This document shows, piece by piece, positions 37,648 through 48,702 of a stretch of 64,000 nucleotides of DNA. This DNA comes from an uncultured Candidatus Rokubacteria bacterium. GTDB lineage: Bacteria > Methylomirabilota > Methylomirabilia > Rokubacteriales > DASRDR01. Position 1 is the stretch's first letter, and each line of letters opens with the position of its first letter. Position numbers and translations under genes: made by a program. The notes beneath the pieces are model-generated. The model had not been told where the DNA came from, made no database searches, and worked only from the letters and a program-made list of their open reading frames with translations. The stretch lies in assembly GCA_963805625.1 (NCBI GenBank), contig CAWDVE010000010.1, positions 736,001 to 800,000 on the forward strand, read 5' to 3'.

Positions 37648-40600
37648 ATGAGTGGTCAGCCGGGCGAGCGCTCGGCTCCGATCAGGATCGGCCTGATCGC
37701 GGGCGGCCCGGATGGCGTGGCGCTCCTCCAGCTCCTGCTCGGATGGCCGGCGGCGAGGGTCGTCGTCGCCGTCGATCCCTTGCCCGGCGCGCTCGTGCTC
37801 CAGCAGGCCAAGGCGCGGGGAGTCCCGGCGGGGACCCGTCACCTGGAAGTCTTCGGTCACCTTCCCGTGGACCTGGTGATCGAATCCACAGGGCAAACGG
37901 CCATCCTGGACGAGTTCCTCCGGACGAGACCCCCGGGGATCGAAGTCATCGGCGCCAGGAGCCTCCCCTTCCTTCGCACCCTGCTGCGTGACCTGACCGA
38001 GAGCCTCGAGCAGCAGGCGGCGGCCGGTGAGATCCTCCGGATCATCAGTAGCTCCCCCACCGACGTGCAGCCGGTGCTGGAAGCCGTCATCGAGCACGCC
38101 GCGCGGCTCTGCGACGTGCCGGACGCGGATCTCTTCCGGGTCGAGGGCGAGGTGCTCCGCCTGGCGGCCAAGATCGGGCCCCACCCCTTCTGGTCGATCG
38201 GCGAGGCCGCGCCCATCAATCGCGACTGGGTGACGGGGCGGGCCGTGGTCGATCGGAAGCTCGTCCACGTACGCGATCTCTCCACGTCCGACGCCGAGTT
38301 CCCGCAGGGTGCGGCCTACGCCAGGCGCTTCGGCCACCGAACCACCCTCGCCACGCCCCTCCTGCGCGAGGGGACACCGATCGGAGCGATCCTGCTTCGC
38401 GGAATGGAGCTCCGCCCGTTCACCGACAAGCAGATCCAGCTACTCGAGACCTTCGCCGCCCAGGCCGTCATCGCCATCGAGAACGCGCGACTGTTCCGGG
38501 AACTGGAAGTCCGCAATCGGGACCTGACCGAGACGCTCGAGCAGCAGACCGCAACTAGCGAGATTCTGCGCGTCATTTCCAGCTCACCGACGGACGTCCA
38601 GCCCGTCTTCGACACGATCGCCCAGAGCGCCGCCCGGCTATGTGAAGCCCAGTTCTGCTTTGTCTTCCGGTTCGACGGGGAGCTCCTTCACTTCGTCGCA
38701 CAAGAAGGGCTCACGCCCGAGGGCGTCGAGGCCCTGCACGGCGCCTGGCCGATGGCACCGAGCGTCGGGAGCGCCGCCGGACGGTCGGTCCTCAGTCGCG
38801 GTGTCGCGCACATTCCGGATGTCCACTCAGACCCGGATTACGTGCTGGGCGCGGTCGCGGAAGTCGCCACCTACCGCAGCACCGTGGGCGTTCCAATGCT
38901 GCGCGATGGCGTTCCGATCGGGGTGATCACCGTCTCGCGATCCCGGGCCGGAGCCTTTCCAGACCGGCAGATCGAGCTCCTCAAGACCTTCGCGGATCAG
39001 GCCGTCATCGCCATCGAGAACGTCCGGCTCTTCAAGGAGCTGGAGCAGCGGAACCGCGACCTCACCGAGACGCTCGAGCAGCAGACGGCCACCGGCGAGA
39101 TCCTCCGCGTCATCTCGAGCTCCCCGACCGACGCGCAGCCCGTGTTCGATACCATCGCCCGGAGCGCTTTGCGTCTCTGCGAAGGCGGATTCAGCGTCGT
39201 CACCCGCTATGACGGTGAGCTCCTCCACCTCTCGGCGCACGCGCACGCGGCCATTGAGGGCGTGGATGTCATGCGGCGGATCTTCCCGATGTCACCGAGC
39301 CGGATCAACCTGGTGGGCCGCGTGATCCTGACGGGCGCGGTCGTGCACGTGCCGGACGTGCAAGCCGACGCCGAGTATGCGCAGACTCTCAGCCAGACCC
39401 TCGGTAACCGCAGCTCGATCGGTGTGCCGATGCTGCGCGACGGCCACCCGATCGGGGCGATCATGGTGGGCCGCCTCGAGGTTCGCCCGTTCTCCGACGC
39501 CCACATCGCGCTGCTCCAGACCTTCGCCGACCAGGCCGTCATCGCCATCGAGAACGTCCGCCTCTTCCAGGAGCTGGAACAGCGGAACCGCGACCTCACC
39601 GAGACGCTCGAGCAGCAGACCGCCACCGGCGAGATTCTCCGCGTCATCTCCAGCTCCCCGACCGACGTCCAGCCGGTCTTCGATACCATCGTGCGGAGCG
39701 CCGCGCGCCTCTGCGAGGCCTACGATGTGGTCATCTTCACGAAGGAGGGCGAACGGCTCCACGTCGGCGCGCACCACGGGCCGATCCCGCTGGACTTCGC
39801 CGACCAACCGATCCGCCGCGACTGGGCCACGGGGCGGGCAGTCATCGACCGCGCGCCGGTCAACGTCCGCGACCTCAGCAAGGAGGGCATCGAGTTCCCG
39901 GGAGGGCAGGCGCTGGCGCTCCGCATGGGTCACCGAGGCATCTTGTCCGTTCCCCTCATGCGAGAGCAGGAGGCCATCGGAGCCGTCACGATGCGGCGCA
40001 CGGAGGCGCGGCCGTTCTCGGAGAAGCAGGTCGCGCTGCTCCAGACCTTCGCCGACCAGGCCGTCATCGCCATCGAGAACGTCCGCCTCTTCAAGGAGCT
40101 CGAGCAGCGCAACCACGATCTCACCGAAACGCTCGAGCAACAGACCGCGACGGGCGAGATCCTGCGCGTCATCTCGAGCTCCCCAACCGACGTCCAGCCC
40201 GTCTTCGACACCATCGCCCAGAGCGCGATGCGGCTCTGCGACGCGGCCTACAGTGTGATCGGGAGGTACGACGGTCAGCTCCTGCATCTGGTCGCCCACG
40301 CGCGTGTCCGCGAGGAGGGGGTGGAGGCCCTGCAGCAACTGTTTCCGATGCGCCCGAGCCGAGCGACCACCACTAGCCGGGCCGTCCTCGAACGGACCGT
40401 GGTGCACGTCCCGGACGTCCTCGAAGACCCCGACTACGCTAGACCCGTGGCTCTGGCGCTCCAGAACCGGAGCACTCTGGCGGTGCCCATGCTGCACGAC
40501 GGTGAGCCGATTGGGACGATCTCCGTCGGACGGCTCGAGCCCCGACCGTTCACCGAGAAGCAGATCGAGCTCCTCAAGCTCTTCGCCGACCAGGCCGTCA

Positions 40601-43600
40601 TCGCCATCGAGAACGTCCGGCTCTTCAAGGAGCTGGAGCAGCGGAACCGCGACCTCACCGAGACGCTCGAGCAGCAGACGGCCACCGGCGAGATCCTCCG
40701 CGTCATCTCGAGCTCCCCGACCGACGTCCAGCCCGTCTTCGACACGATCGCCCAGAGCGCGGCCCGCCTCTGCGAGGCCCAGACGTGCTTTGTCTTTCGG
40801 CTCGATGGTCAGCTGCTCCACTTCGTGGCCCACCATGGGCTGACGGCCGAGAGTGTCGAGAACGTGCGCTCTGCGTGGCCTATGGCCCCAAGCCCGGGGA
40901 CCGCGGCGGGGCGATCAATTCTCGGCCGCAGTATCGCGCACATCCCGGACGTCCTCGTTGAGCCCGGCTATGCGCACGGCACCGTGGCGGTAGTCGCCAA
41001 CTTCCGCAGCGTTGTGGCGGTCCCGATGATGCGGGACGGTGTCCCCATCGGAACGATTGCCGTCCACCGGTCCCAGGCCGGACTCTTCCCGGACCGCCAG
41101 ATCGACCTCCTCAAGACCTTCGCCGACCAGGCCGTCATCGCCATCGAGAACGTCCGCCTCTTCCAGGAACTGGAGGCACGGACGCGGGACCTGACGCGCT
41201 CGGTCGGCGAGCTCCGGGCGCTCGGTGAGGTCAGCCAGGCCGTCAGCTCCACACTCGACCTCGAGACCGTCCTGGCGACGATCGTCAGCCGGGCCGTCCA
41301 GCTGTCCGGCAGCAACAACGGGATCGCCTACGAGTTCGAAGAAGCCTCGCAGAGCTTTCACGCGCGAGCCACGCACGACGTTACACCAGAACACCTGGAG
41401 GCGTTGCGGACGGCGCCCATCCGGCTCGGGGAGGGAGCGGTCGGCCGCGCTGGGGTGATCCGTGAGCCCGTCCAGGTCGCGGATATCCAGGAAGAGTGGC
41501 AGCTCGTCGCGCCTCAGGTCCGAGCGCTTCACGCCCGAGAGGGCACGCGCTCACTGCTCGCGGTCCCGCTCATCCGGGAGGAACGGCTACTCGGTGGCCT
41601 GGTCATCCTGCGACGAGAGCGAGGAGCCTTCTCGCCCGAGATCGTCGCCACCCTCCAGACCTTCGCGGCTCAGTCGGTGATCGCCATCCAGAATGCCCGG
41701 CTGTTCCGGGAGATCGACGCGAAGGGCCGGGAGCTGGAGAGCCTCTCCCGGAACATGGAGCAGCTCTACCGGCTCTCGACCGCCCTCCAGGAGCCCCTCT
41801 CGCTCGACGAGCAGCTCACGCGCGTCCTCGACGCGGCCCGTCAGGTCGTCCGTCTCGACCGCCTCCACGTCTGGACGCTGACACCGGAGGGCGACGCGCT
41901 CACGCTCGGGGCCGGAGCGGGCCTCACGGAAGACGAGTGGCAGCCGCTGGCACACTTGACCATTCCGCTCGGGGAAGCCGGCGCGCTGGCCGCGGCGTAC
42001 CGCGAGCGCACACCCATGCTCTACACCGACCAGAACCGGCTGCCTCCCGAGCTTCGCTTGCGCCCACCCTATTCGGGACTCTCCGCCCTACGGACGAAGA
42101 ACCTCCTGGTCATCCCGATGATCGCGCGCGGGCACCCGGTCGGCGTCCTGTCTGCCGACAATCGGGTCAGCCGCGAGCCGATCCCGCCTCACACGGTCGA
42201 CCTCCTCCAGACGTTCACCGCGCAGGCCGCGGTCGCGGTCGAGAACGCGCGCCTGTTCCAGGAGATCCAGGACAAGGGCCGGGAGCTCGAGGTCGCGAGC
42301 CGTCACAAGTCGCAGTTCCTCGCCAACATGAGCCACGAGCTCAGGACGCCGCTCAACGCCATCATCGGCGTCACGGAGATGCTCCTCGAGGACGCGCAGG
42401 CCGCTGCCCAGCCGGACCAGGTCGAGGCTCACGAGCGCATCCTCCGCGCGGGCAAGCACCTGCTCGCCCTGATCAACGACATCCTTGATCTCTCGAAGAT
42501 CGAAGCGGGCAAACTGGAGCTCGCGCTGGAGTCGGTCGCCGTCGGTCCCTTGGTCGAGGACGTGGTTGCGACGATCCGGCAGCTCGCATCGAAGAACGGC
42601 AACCAGGTCGTGGTGGAGTGTCCCGCTGAGGTGGGCACGATCCGGGCGGACTCGACGCGGCTCCGCCAGGCACTGCTCAATCTCGCCAGCAACGCCAGCA
42701 AGTTCACCGAGCGCGGCGTGATCAGGGTCGAGGTGAGGCGCCGACCGGACGACGGCGGCCGGGACTGGGTCACCATGGCGATCTCGGACACGGGCATCGG
42801 GATGACCCCCGAGCAGATGGCGAAGCTTTTCGAGGAATTCACCCAGGCCGACGCCTCGACGACCCGCAAGTACGGCGGCACGGGACTCGGCCTGGCGATC
42901 AGCCGGCGCCTCTGCCGCATGATGGGCGGCGACATCACCGTGGCGAGTACGCCCGGGCAGGGCTCCACCTTCACGATTCGCCTCCCGGCTGACGCGCGGA
43001 CCCCCGTCCGGGCCGAGGCCGAGCCGGCGCCTCGGGCGAGCGTCCCCGGACCGGCGCCAGAGCCTTCGGGGAGAACAGGGCGCACGGTGCTGGTGATCGA
43101 CGACGACCCCACGGTGCGGGATCTCATGGACCGCTTCCTGGTCAAGCAAGGTTTCTCCGTGATCACCGCCGCGAGTGGCATCGAAGGCCTTCGCTTGGCC
43201 CGCGAGGCCCGACCGGCCGCGATCACGCTCGACGTCATGATGCCGGACCTCGACGGGTGGACCGTGCTGGCCGCGCTCAAGGGCGATCCGGCGCTGGCCG
43301 GCATCCCGGTGATCCTCGTGACCATCGTCGACGAGAAGGCCCGGGGATACTCACTGGGCGCGACGGACTACATGGTCAAGCCGATCGAACGTGAGCGCCT
43401 GGCCGGTGTCCTGAAGAATCTTTGCGGCAACCGGCCGGCGCCTCATGTCCTGGTGGTGGACGACGACCCGACCGTGCGCGCGGTCGTCAGTCAGACGCTG
43501 GAGCGCGCCGGCTGGTCGATCGCCGAAGCGGAGAACGGCCGGATTGCCCTGCAGCGAGTGGCCGCGAGGCGCCCCGACGTGATCATCCTCGATCTCGTGA

Positions 43601-43845
43601 TGCCGGAGCTGAATGGATTCGAGTTCCTCGCCGCACTCCGGCGCGACCCTGCCTGGCGTAGCGTGCCCGTGGTGGTCCTCACGTCGATGGATCTCACCGC
43701 CGAGGACCGCCGGGTGCTCAACGGCTCGGTCGAGCGGATCCTCCAGAAGGGCGCGTGGGAGCGCGACCAGCTCCTGGCCGAGATCGGACGCGTGCTGGCG
43801 AGCGTCGTCCCGACCGGATCCAGCTCTCCGGGAGGCCCGAGGTGA
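37648..43845 (+). CDS. Giant cytoplasmic hybrid histidine kinase: Rossmann-like N-domain + 8 GAF + HisKA + HATPase + 2 REC
   Basis: Eight GAF units ending (D/A)QAVIAIEN(V/A)RLF-like; [14 protein letters not shown]; DTGIG, GGTGLGL; two REC domains. Confidence 0.95.
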   Translation: MSGQPGERSAPIRIGLIAGGPDGVALLQLLLGWPAARVVVAVDPLPGALVLQQAKARGVPAGTRHLEVFGHLPVDLVIESTGQTAILDEFLRTRPPGIEVIGARSLPFLRTLLRDLTESLEQQAAAGEILRIISSSPTDVQPVLEAVIEHAARLCDVPDADLFRVEGEVLRLAAKIGPHPFWSIGEAAPINRDWVTGRAVVDRKLVHVRDLSTSDAEFPQGAAYARRFGHRTTLATPLLREGTPIGAILLRGMELRPFTDKQIQLLETFAAQAVIAIENARLFRELEVRNRDLTETLEQQTATSEILRVISSSPTDVQPVFDTIAQSAARLCEAQFCFVFRFDGELLHFVAQEGLTPEGVEALHGAWPMAPSVGSAAGRSVLSRGVAHIPDVHSDPDYVLGAVAEVATYRSTVGVPMLRDGVPIGVITVSRSRAGAFPDRQIELLKTFADQAVIAIENVRLFKELEQRNRDLTETLEQQTATGEILRVISSSPTDAQPVFDTIARSALRLCEGGFSVVTRYDGELLHLSAHAHAAIEGVDVMRRIFPMSPSRINLVGRVILTGAVVHVPDVQADAEYAQTLSQTLGNRSSIGVPMLRDGHPIGAIMVGRLEVRPFSDAHIALLQTFADQAVIAIENVRLFQELEQRNRDLTETLEQQTATGEILRVISSSPTDVQPVFDTIVRSAARLCEAYDVVIFTKEGERLHVGAHHGPIPLDFADQPIRRDWATGRAVIDRAPVNVRDLSKEGIEFPGGQALALRMGHRGILSVPLMREQEAIGAVTMRRTEARPFSEKQVALLQTFADQAVIAIENVRLFKELEQRNHDLTETLEQQTATGEILRVISSSPTDVQPVFDTIAQSAMRLCDAAYSVIGRYDGQLLHLVAHARVREEGVEALQQLFPMRPSRATTTSRAVLERTVVHVPDVLEDPDYARPVALALQNRSTLAVPMLHDGEPIGTISVGRLEPRPFTEKQIELLKLFADQAVIAIENVRLFKELEQRNRDLTETLEQQTATGEILRVISSSPTDVQPVFDTIAQSAARLCEAQTCFVFRLDGQLLHFVAHHGLTAESVENVRSAWPMAPSPGTAAGRSILGRSIAHIPDVLVEPGYAHGTVAVVANFRSVVAVPMMRDGVPIGTIAVHRSQAGLFPDRQIDLLKTFADQAVIAIENVRLFQELEARTRDLTRSVGELRALGEVSQAVSSTLDLETVLATIVSRAVQLSGSNNGIAYEFEEASQSFHARATHDVTPEHLEALRTAPIRLGEGAVGRAGVIREPVQVADIQEEWQLVAPQVRALHAREGTRSLLAVPLIREERLLGGLVILRRERGAFSPEIVATLQTFAAQSVIAIQNARLFREIDAKGRELESLSRNMEQLYRLSTALQEPLSLDEQLTRVLDAARQVVRLDRLHVWTLTPEGDALTLGAGAGLTEDEWQPLAHLTIPLGEAGALAAAYRERTPMLYTDQNRLPPELRLRPPYSGLSALRTKNLLVIPMIARGHPVGVLSADNRVSREPIPPHTVDLLQTFTAQAAVAVENARLFQEIQDKGRELEVASRHKSQFLANMSHELRTPLNAIIGVTEMLLEDAQAAAQPDQVEAHERILRAGKHLLALINDILDLSKIEAGKLELALESVAVGPLVEDVVATIRQLASKNGNQVVVECPAEVGTIRADSTRLRQALLNLASNASKFTERGVIRVEVRRRPDDGGRDWVTMAISDTGIGMTPEQMAKLFEEFTQADASTTRKYGGTGLGLAISRRLCRMMGGDITVASTPGQGSTFTIRLPADARTPVRAEAEPAPRASVPGPAPEPSGRTGRTVLVIDDDPTVRDLMDRFLVKQGFSVITAASGIEGLRLAREARPAAITLDVMMPDLDGWTVLAALKGDPALAGIPVILVTIVDEKARGYSLGATDYMVKPIERERLAGVLKNLCGNRPAPHVLVVDDDPTVRAVVSQTLERAGWSIAEAENGRIALQRVAARRPDVIILDLVMPELNGFEFLAALRRDPAWRSVPVVVLTSMDLTAEDRRVLNGSVERILQKGAWERDQLLAEIGRVLASVVPTGSSSPGGPR
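37990..41170 (+). repeat. Intragenic ~531-540 bp GAF repeat array with highly conserved linkers
   Basis: Linker DNA repeated about six times; 38998-39133 and 40591-40726 are identical over 136 bp. Confidence 0.9.
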
Positions 43846-44219
43846 CGAAGATCCTGTACGTCGAGGACAACGACGACAACGTCTACATGCTGCGCGGCCG
43901 GCTGACGCGCGCAGGCTTCGACGTGCTCGTGGCCGGGGACGGCGAGCAGGGCGTCGTCATGGCGGCCACCGAAGCGCCCGCCCTGATCCTCATGGACCTG
44001 AGCCTCCCGGTCCTGGACGGCTGGGAGGCCACGCGGCGGCTGAAGGCCGCGGCGGAGACTGGCTCCATCCCCGTCATCGCGCTCTCGGCCCATGCCATGG
44101 AAGGCGAGCGTGCCCGGGCGCTGGCGGCGGGCTGCGACGACTTCGACACCAAGCCGGTCGACTTCCCGAGGCTGCTCGAGAAGATCCGGACGCTCCTCGC
44201 GAAGGCCGCGCCGTCATGA
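43842..44219 (+). CDS. Single-domain response regulator (DivK-like)
   Basis: [27 protein letters not shown]; GTGA overlap with the kinase stop. Confidence 0.93.
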   Translation: MTKILYVEDNDDNVYMLRGRLTRAGFDVLVAGDGEQGVVMAATEAPALILMDLSLPVLDGWEATRRLKAAAETGSIPVIALSAHAMEGERARALAAGCDDFDTKPVDFPRLLEKIRTLLAKAAPS

Positions 44220-44295
44220 GCCTAGCCGCCGCGGGTCAAAAGCCGTCCAGTCAGAGCCGTCCGATCGGCGCCCCATCCGGTCACTGGGTCACCCG

Positions 44296-45402
44296 GTGAG
44301 CCAGGGCGGGCCTGCGCTGCTCGTCGTCGACGACAACGAGGACAACCTCTACACCCTGACCCAGCGCCTCCGCCGCGAGGGTTACACGAGCCTCACGACC
44401 GCGCGCGACGGCCGCCAGGCGCTGGAGCTCCTCCGGTCGCAGGCGTTCGACCTCGTCCTGCTGGACGTCATGATGCCGGAGCTAAACGGCTACCAGGTGC
44501 TGGAGGCGCTCAAGGCCGACGAGCGGCTCCGGCACGTCCCCGTGATCATGATCTCGGCGGTGGACGAGCTCGAGAGCGTCATCCGCTGCGTCGAGCTGGG
44601 CGCGGCGGACTACCTGCCGAAGCCGTTCAACCCGACCCTCCTCCGGGCCCGCATCGGCGCCTGCCTCGAGAAGAAGCGGCTCCACGACCAGCTCGCCGAG
44701 TGGACCCGGACGCTGGAGGAGCGCGTGCGCGAGAAGGTCGCGGAGGTGGAACGGCTCACCCGCCTCAAGCGCTTCTTCTCGCCGCAGCTGGCCGAGCTCA
44801 TCGTGGCCGGCGGCGCGGACGACCCCCTCAAGACCCACCGCCGGGAGGTCACCGTCGTGTTCCTCGATCTGCGGGGGTTCACGGCGTTCGCCGAGACCTC
44901 CGAGCCGGAGGAGGTCATGCGGGTGCTCCGCGAGTACCACGCCGAGATGGGCCGGATCATCGTCGAGCACGAAGGGACGCTCGAGCGGTTCACCGGGGAC
45001 GGCATGATGATCTTCTTCAACGACCCGGTGCCGCTCCCAAAACCCGCGGAGCGGGCCCTCCGGATGGCGGTGGCCATGCGCGAGGGGGTGGCGGGGCTCG
45101 GCGCTGCCTGGCGCAAGCGCGGCTACGACCTCGGGCTCGGCGTCGGGATCGCCGAGGGCTACGCCACGATCGGCGCCATCGGGTTCGAGGGTCGCTGGGA
45201 CTACGGCGCCATCGGGACGGTGACGAACCTCGCTGCGCGCCTGTGCGGCGAGGCCAAGGGCGGCCAGATCCTCGTGTCGTCTCGCGTCGCGGGCGCCGTC
45301 GAGGGCCTGGCGGACCTCGAGGAGGTGGGAACCCTACCGCTGAAGGGACTCCTCCGGCCCGTCCCGACGTTCAACGTGGTCGGGCTCAAGGCGGGCGGTT
45401 AG
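44296..45402 (+). CDS. Response regulator fused to class III adenylate/guanylate cyclase
   Basis: REC, then VFLDLRGFT, GTLERFTGDG, DYGAIGTVTNLAARL. Confidence 0.93.
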   Translation: MSQGGPALLVVDDNEDNLYTLTQRLRREGYTSLTTARDGRQALELLRSQAFDLVLLDVMMPELNGYQVLEALKADERLRHVPVIMISAVDELESVIRCVELGAADYLPKPFNPTLLRARIGACLEKKRLHDQLAEWTRTLEERVREKVAEVERLTRLKRFFSPQLAELIVAGGADDPLKTHRREVTVVFLDLRGFTAFAETSEPEEVMRVLREYHAEMGRIIVEHEGTLERFTGDGMMIFFNDPVPLPKPAERALRMAVAMREGVAGLGAAWRKRGYDLGLGVGIAEGYATIGAIGFEGRWDYGAIGTVTNLAARLCGEAKGGQILVSSRVAGAVEGLADLEEVGTLPLKGLLRPVPTFNVVGLKAGG

Positions 45403-45548
45403 CGCGCCTGAACCCGGTCCCAGGCAGGCGCCCCGCCCTCGTCCGCCTCCGCATCGCCTCCCCCGAATCGTGCGTCTGGGCGGCACCTTCCCCGCCCCGT
45501 CGGATGTCGACCCGGATGCAACCGCCCTGGAACGTCAGACCATGCTAT

Positions 45549-45565
45549 TGTTGAATATCTCAACA
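45549..45565. promoter_or_regulatory. Candidate TA operator palindrome
   Basis: TGTTGA-ATATC-TCAACA overlapping an extended -10-like TGcTATTGT, just before the antitoxin RBS. Confidence 0.6.
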
Positions 45566-45578
45566 GAGGAGGAACGTC

Positions 45579-45812
45579 GTGGCCACCGTGAATTTCAGCG
45601 TGCCCGAGGATGTGAAGAGAACGTTTAACAAAGCCTTTGCCCGTGCGAACAAGAGTGCGGTCGTCGCACAGCTCATGCGTCAGGCGGTCGAGGAGCGTCT
45701 CCGACAGCGCCGGCGGCGGCGGGCTATCGAGCGTCTGCTCCAACTCCGGCGAAGGATGAAGCCAGCGCCCGAGGCCGCCACGCGAGCGGCGCGTTTGAAG
45801 GGACGCCCGTGA
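45579..45812 (+). CDS. vapB: Type II antitoxin (ribbon-helix-helix, VapB-like)
   Basis: MATVNFSVPEDVK...SAVVAQLM RHH pattern; overlaps the PIN gene. Confidence 0.8.
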   Translation: MATVNFSVPEDVKRTFNKAFARANKSAVVAQLMRQAVEERLRQRRRRRAIERLLQLRRRMKPAPEAATRAARLKGRP

Positions 45813-46243
45813 CGGAGGTCGTCCTCGACGCCAGTGTCATCGTAAAGTGGATCTTCCCCGATCAACCTCGGGAAGCTCACGCGGAGCGCGCCCTGGACCT
45901 GCTTCACGCGGTCCATGCCGGCCGGCTATCCGTCCTGGAACCACCCCACTGGCTGGCCGAGGTGGCGGCGGTGGTCACCCGCCTCGCCCCTGACCGCGCC
46001 CCCGACGTCCTGGCGATGATGGACGCGATGGAGTTCCCCGTCCTGGACGAGTTGGAGGTGTATCTCGAGGCTGCGCATCTATCGGCCCGCTCGGGTCAGC
46101 ACGTGTTCGACACCCTGTATCACGCCGTGGCCTTCCGTCGACCGGAGACCTCGCTTGTGACCGCGGACGAGCGCTACTACCGGAGCGCGCGGCGTGCCGG
46201 CAGGGTCATGCTCCTGCAAGACTTCGTCGTACCGGCGAAGTGA
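45809..46243 (+). CDS. vapC: PIN-domain toxin VapC
   Basis: VVLDASV, AEV, FDTLY, LVTAD. Confidence 0.9.
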   Translation: MTEVVLDASVIVKWIFPDQPREAHAERALDLLHAVHAGRLSVLEPPHWLAEVAAVVTRLAPDRAPDVLAMMDAMEFPVLDELEVYLEAAHLSARSGQHVFDTLYHAVAFRRPETSLVTADERYYRSARRAGRVMLLQDFVVPAK

Positions 46244-46283
46244 GCGATCGGCCCCCTCCACAGCCACCCGCCGGTGCGCGCTC

Positions 46284-46766
46284 TCACTCCCGGAGGGCGG
46301 CGCGAATGCCGCGGTAGCGATCCATGACGTCACGCGGGTCTTCCGGCCACGCGATCGTCAGCCCGGACGTCAGCCGCGCCCCCGCCTCCTCGCCCTCCGC
46401 CCGGTCCTCGAGCACGTCGCGCACCACCAGCTCGAAGCGCGCGAGATCCGTCGCCCCCCGCGCTCCGGGCAGCGGGAGCACCTCGACCTTGACGTAGAGG
46501 CATAGCTCCGCGTCGGCGAACACGAGCGTTGCCCGGCCGGACTCGCGGAGGTGCCGGCTCGAGCGGGACCCCGCGTGAAGCGCCAGCCGCAGGCGCCCCG
46601 CGTCGAGGGCCAGGATCTCGGCGTACGAGACGAGGGCGGGGTGCGCCCACCCGTACGGGTCGATCGTGGCGAGCACGATGGCGACGTCGAGCGGCGGCGC
46701 GGCGGCGGGCGCCATCAGGCGCGAGAGAAGCGCGTCGGGAAGAACGGGCCCGAGCGAGCGCGTCAC
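46284..46766 (-). CDS. Pyridoxamine 5'-phosphate oxidase-like split-barrel protein
   Basis: VLATIDPYGWAHPALVS...GSRSSRHLRESGRATL. Confidence 0.8.
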   Translation of the reverse strand: MTRSLGPVLPDALLSRLMAPAAAPPLDVAIVLATIDPYGWAHPALVSYAEILALDAGRLRLALHAGSRSSRHLRESGRATLVFADAELCLYVKVEVLPLPGARGATDLARFELVVRDVLEDRAEGEEAGARLTSGLTIAWPEDPRDVMDRYRGIRAALRE

Positions 46767-46839
46767 GCGAGGAGTATGGCACGCTGGGCCGGGCGGACGC
46801 GGCGCCCGGCCCAGCGTGGTCCCAAAGCAAGGCGGCTGG

Positions 46840-48276
46840 CTAGATGTCGTAGTAGAGGGCGAACTCGTGCGGGTGCGGTCGCAGCCGGATCGCGTCGACC
46901 TCGTTCTTCCGCTTGTACTCGAGCCAAGTCTCGATAAGGTCGGGCGTGAAGACATCGCCCTTCAGCAGGAAGTCGTGGTCCTTCTCCAGATTGTCGAGCA
47001 CCACGTCCAGCGCGCCCGGGAGCTGCTTGATGGCCTTCTGCTCCTCCGGCGGCAGCTCGTAGAGATCCTTGTCGATGGGCTGTCCAGGGTCGATCTTGTT
47101 GACGATGCCGTCGAGACCGGCCATCACGCAGGCCGCGAACGAGAGGTACGGGTTGCAGGACGGATCGGGCGTCCGAAACTCGATGCGCTTGGCCTTCTCG
47201 GATCGCGAGTAAACCGGAATCCGGATGCACGCGGACCGGTTCCGCTGGCTGTAGACGAGGTTGATCGGCGCCTCGTAGCCTGGCACCAGCCGCCGATAGG
47301 AGTTAGTCGACGGCGCGATGAACGCCAGCAGTGCCGGCGCGTGCTTCAGGATGCCGCCGATGTAGTGGAGACACATCTTCGAGATGTCGGCGTACCCGCC
47401 GACCTCGTAGAAGAGATTCTTGCCGTTCTTCCAGAGCGACTGGTGCGTGTGCATGCCGGAGCCGTTGTCCTGGAAGAGCGGCTTGGGCATGAACGTCACG
47501 GTCTTGCCGTGCGCCCGGGCCGTGTTCTTGGTGACGTACTTGTACCACATCACCCGGTCGGCCATTTTCGTGAGCGTGTCGAAGCGCATGTCGATCTCGG
47601 ACTGCCCGGCGGTCGCCACCTCGTGGTGGTGCACCTCGACGCGCACGCCCACCTTCTCGAGGTTGAGCACCATCTCCGAGCGGATGTCCTGGAAGTGGTC
47701 CATCGGCGGCACGGGGAAGTAGCCCTGCTTGTAGCGCGGCCGGTACCCGAGCCCTTCCTTCCCCGTGTTCCAGGCGCCCGCCTCCGAGTCGATCTGGTAG
47801 AAGCCGAAGTTGTAGCCCTGATCGAACTTGATCGAGTCGAAGATGAAGAATTCCAGTTCCGGCCCGATGTAGACCGTGTCGGCGATACCAGTCTGCTTGA
47901 GGAAGAGCTCGGCCTTCTGGGCAACATAGCGGGGGTCCCGAGTGTAAGCCTCCATCGTCACGGGATCCTTCACGTTGCAGTTCAGGACGATCGTCGGGAC
48001 CGCGGTGAACGGGTCCATCTGCGCGGTCGTGGGGTCGGGCATGAGGAGCATGTCCGACTCGTCGATCGTCTGGAATCCGCGGATCGACGACCCGTCGAAC
48101 CCGATGCCCTCGGCGAACAGCTCCTCGTCGAGGTCGTGCGTCGGGATCGAGAAGTGCTGCCACAGCCCGGGCACGTCGATGAAGCGGAGGTCGACGATCT
48201 TCGCCCCGCGCTCCTTGGCCGCGTGGATGACATCCTTCGGCGTCTTCGTCTCCAGCGGCTTCACGTCATCAGCCAT
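46840..48276 (-). CDS. glnA: Glutamine synthetase type I
   Basis: [46 protein letters not shown]. Confidence 0.98.
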   Translation of the reverse strand: MADDVKPLETKTPKDVIHAAKERGAKIVDLRFIDVPGLWQHFSIPTHDLDEELFAEGIGFDGSSIRGFQTIDESDMLLMPDPTTAQMDPFTAVPTIVLNCNVKDPVTMEAYTRDPRYVAQKAELFLKQTGIADTVYIGPELEFFIFDSIKFDQGYNFGFYQIDSEAGAWNTGKEGLGYRPRYKQGYFPVPPMDHFQDIRSEMVLNLEKVGVRVEVHHHEVATAGQSEIDMRFDTLTKMADRVMWYKYVTKNTARAHGKTVTFMPKPLFQDNGSGMHTHQSLWKNGKNLFYEVGGYADISKMCLHYIGGILKHAPALLAFIAPSTNSYRRLVPGYEAPINLVYSQRNRSACIRIPVYSRSEKAKRIEFRTPDPSCNPYLSFAACVMAGLDGIVNKIDPGQPIDKDLYELPPEEQKAIKQLPGALDVVLDNLEKDHDFLLKGDVFTPDLIETWLEYKRKNEVDAIRLRPHPHEFALYYDI

Positions 48277-48351
48277 GCAGGGTCCTCCATTGAACTGGTT
48301 GTCGGTTGTGGACGCCGGCTCGCCATACCGGCCCGCGGTGCAACCGCGCCG

Positions 48352-48380
48352 ATTCTAGCGAGCATCCCTTGCCTCTTCAA
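48352..48380 (-). promoter_or_regulatory. Sigma70-type glnA promoter
   Basis: Minus strand TTGAAG-N17-TAGAAT. Confidence 0.65.
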
Positions 48381-48497
48381 TTACCATCCGAGTACCATCC
48401 GAGCCCTGGCATCCGGGCACGCCAAGGCGTGCCGCAGGGCCATCCGGCCCACGGCACGCGCAAGGTCTCGGCCCGATCCTGTTGCCGGGTTCCGAGA

Positions 48498-48513
48498 AGC
48501 AACCGCCGTGCCG
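48498..48513 (-). promoter_or_regulatory. Sigma54-type glnA promoter
   Basis: Minus strand CGGCACGGCGGTTGCT (GG-N10-GC). Confidence 0.65.
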
Positions 48514-48702
48514 GTGCCGAGTGCGGGCGTGACACCGGAATTCGCGCGGTTCCAAGAAGGCCACGGCGGCGCACTTGCCGAATCCGTGAGCACCTGCCCA
48601 CGCCGTGGGCACGGCGGCGCCAGGCGTTGACGGCCCGCGCCGAGCCGGCTAGTGTCGACATACACCCCGAAACCCACCCCGACCCCGAGAGGGAACTTCC
48701 CG

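Noticed and set aside
37990-41170. Repeat-variable-repeat pattern as a CRISPR, DGR or integron-like array
   Set aside because: Repeats are in-frame coding linkers with ~530 bp period; no cas, reverse transcriptase or integrase gene in the window.
45579-46243. vapBC as evidence of a prophage or defence island
   Set aside because: A lone TA pair with no phage, transposase or other defence genes nearby.
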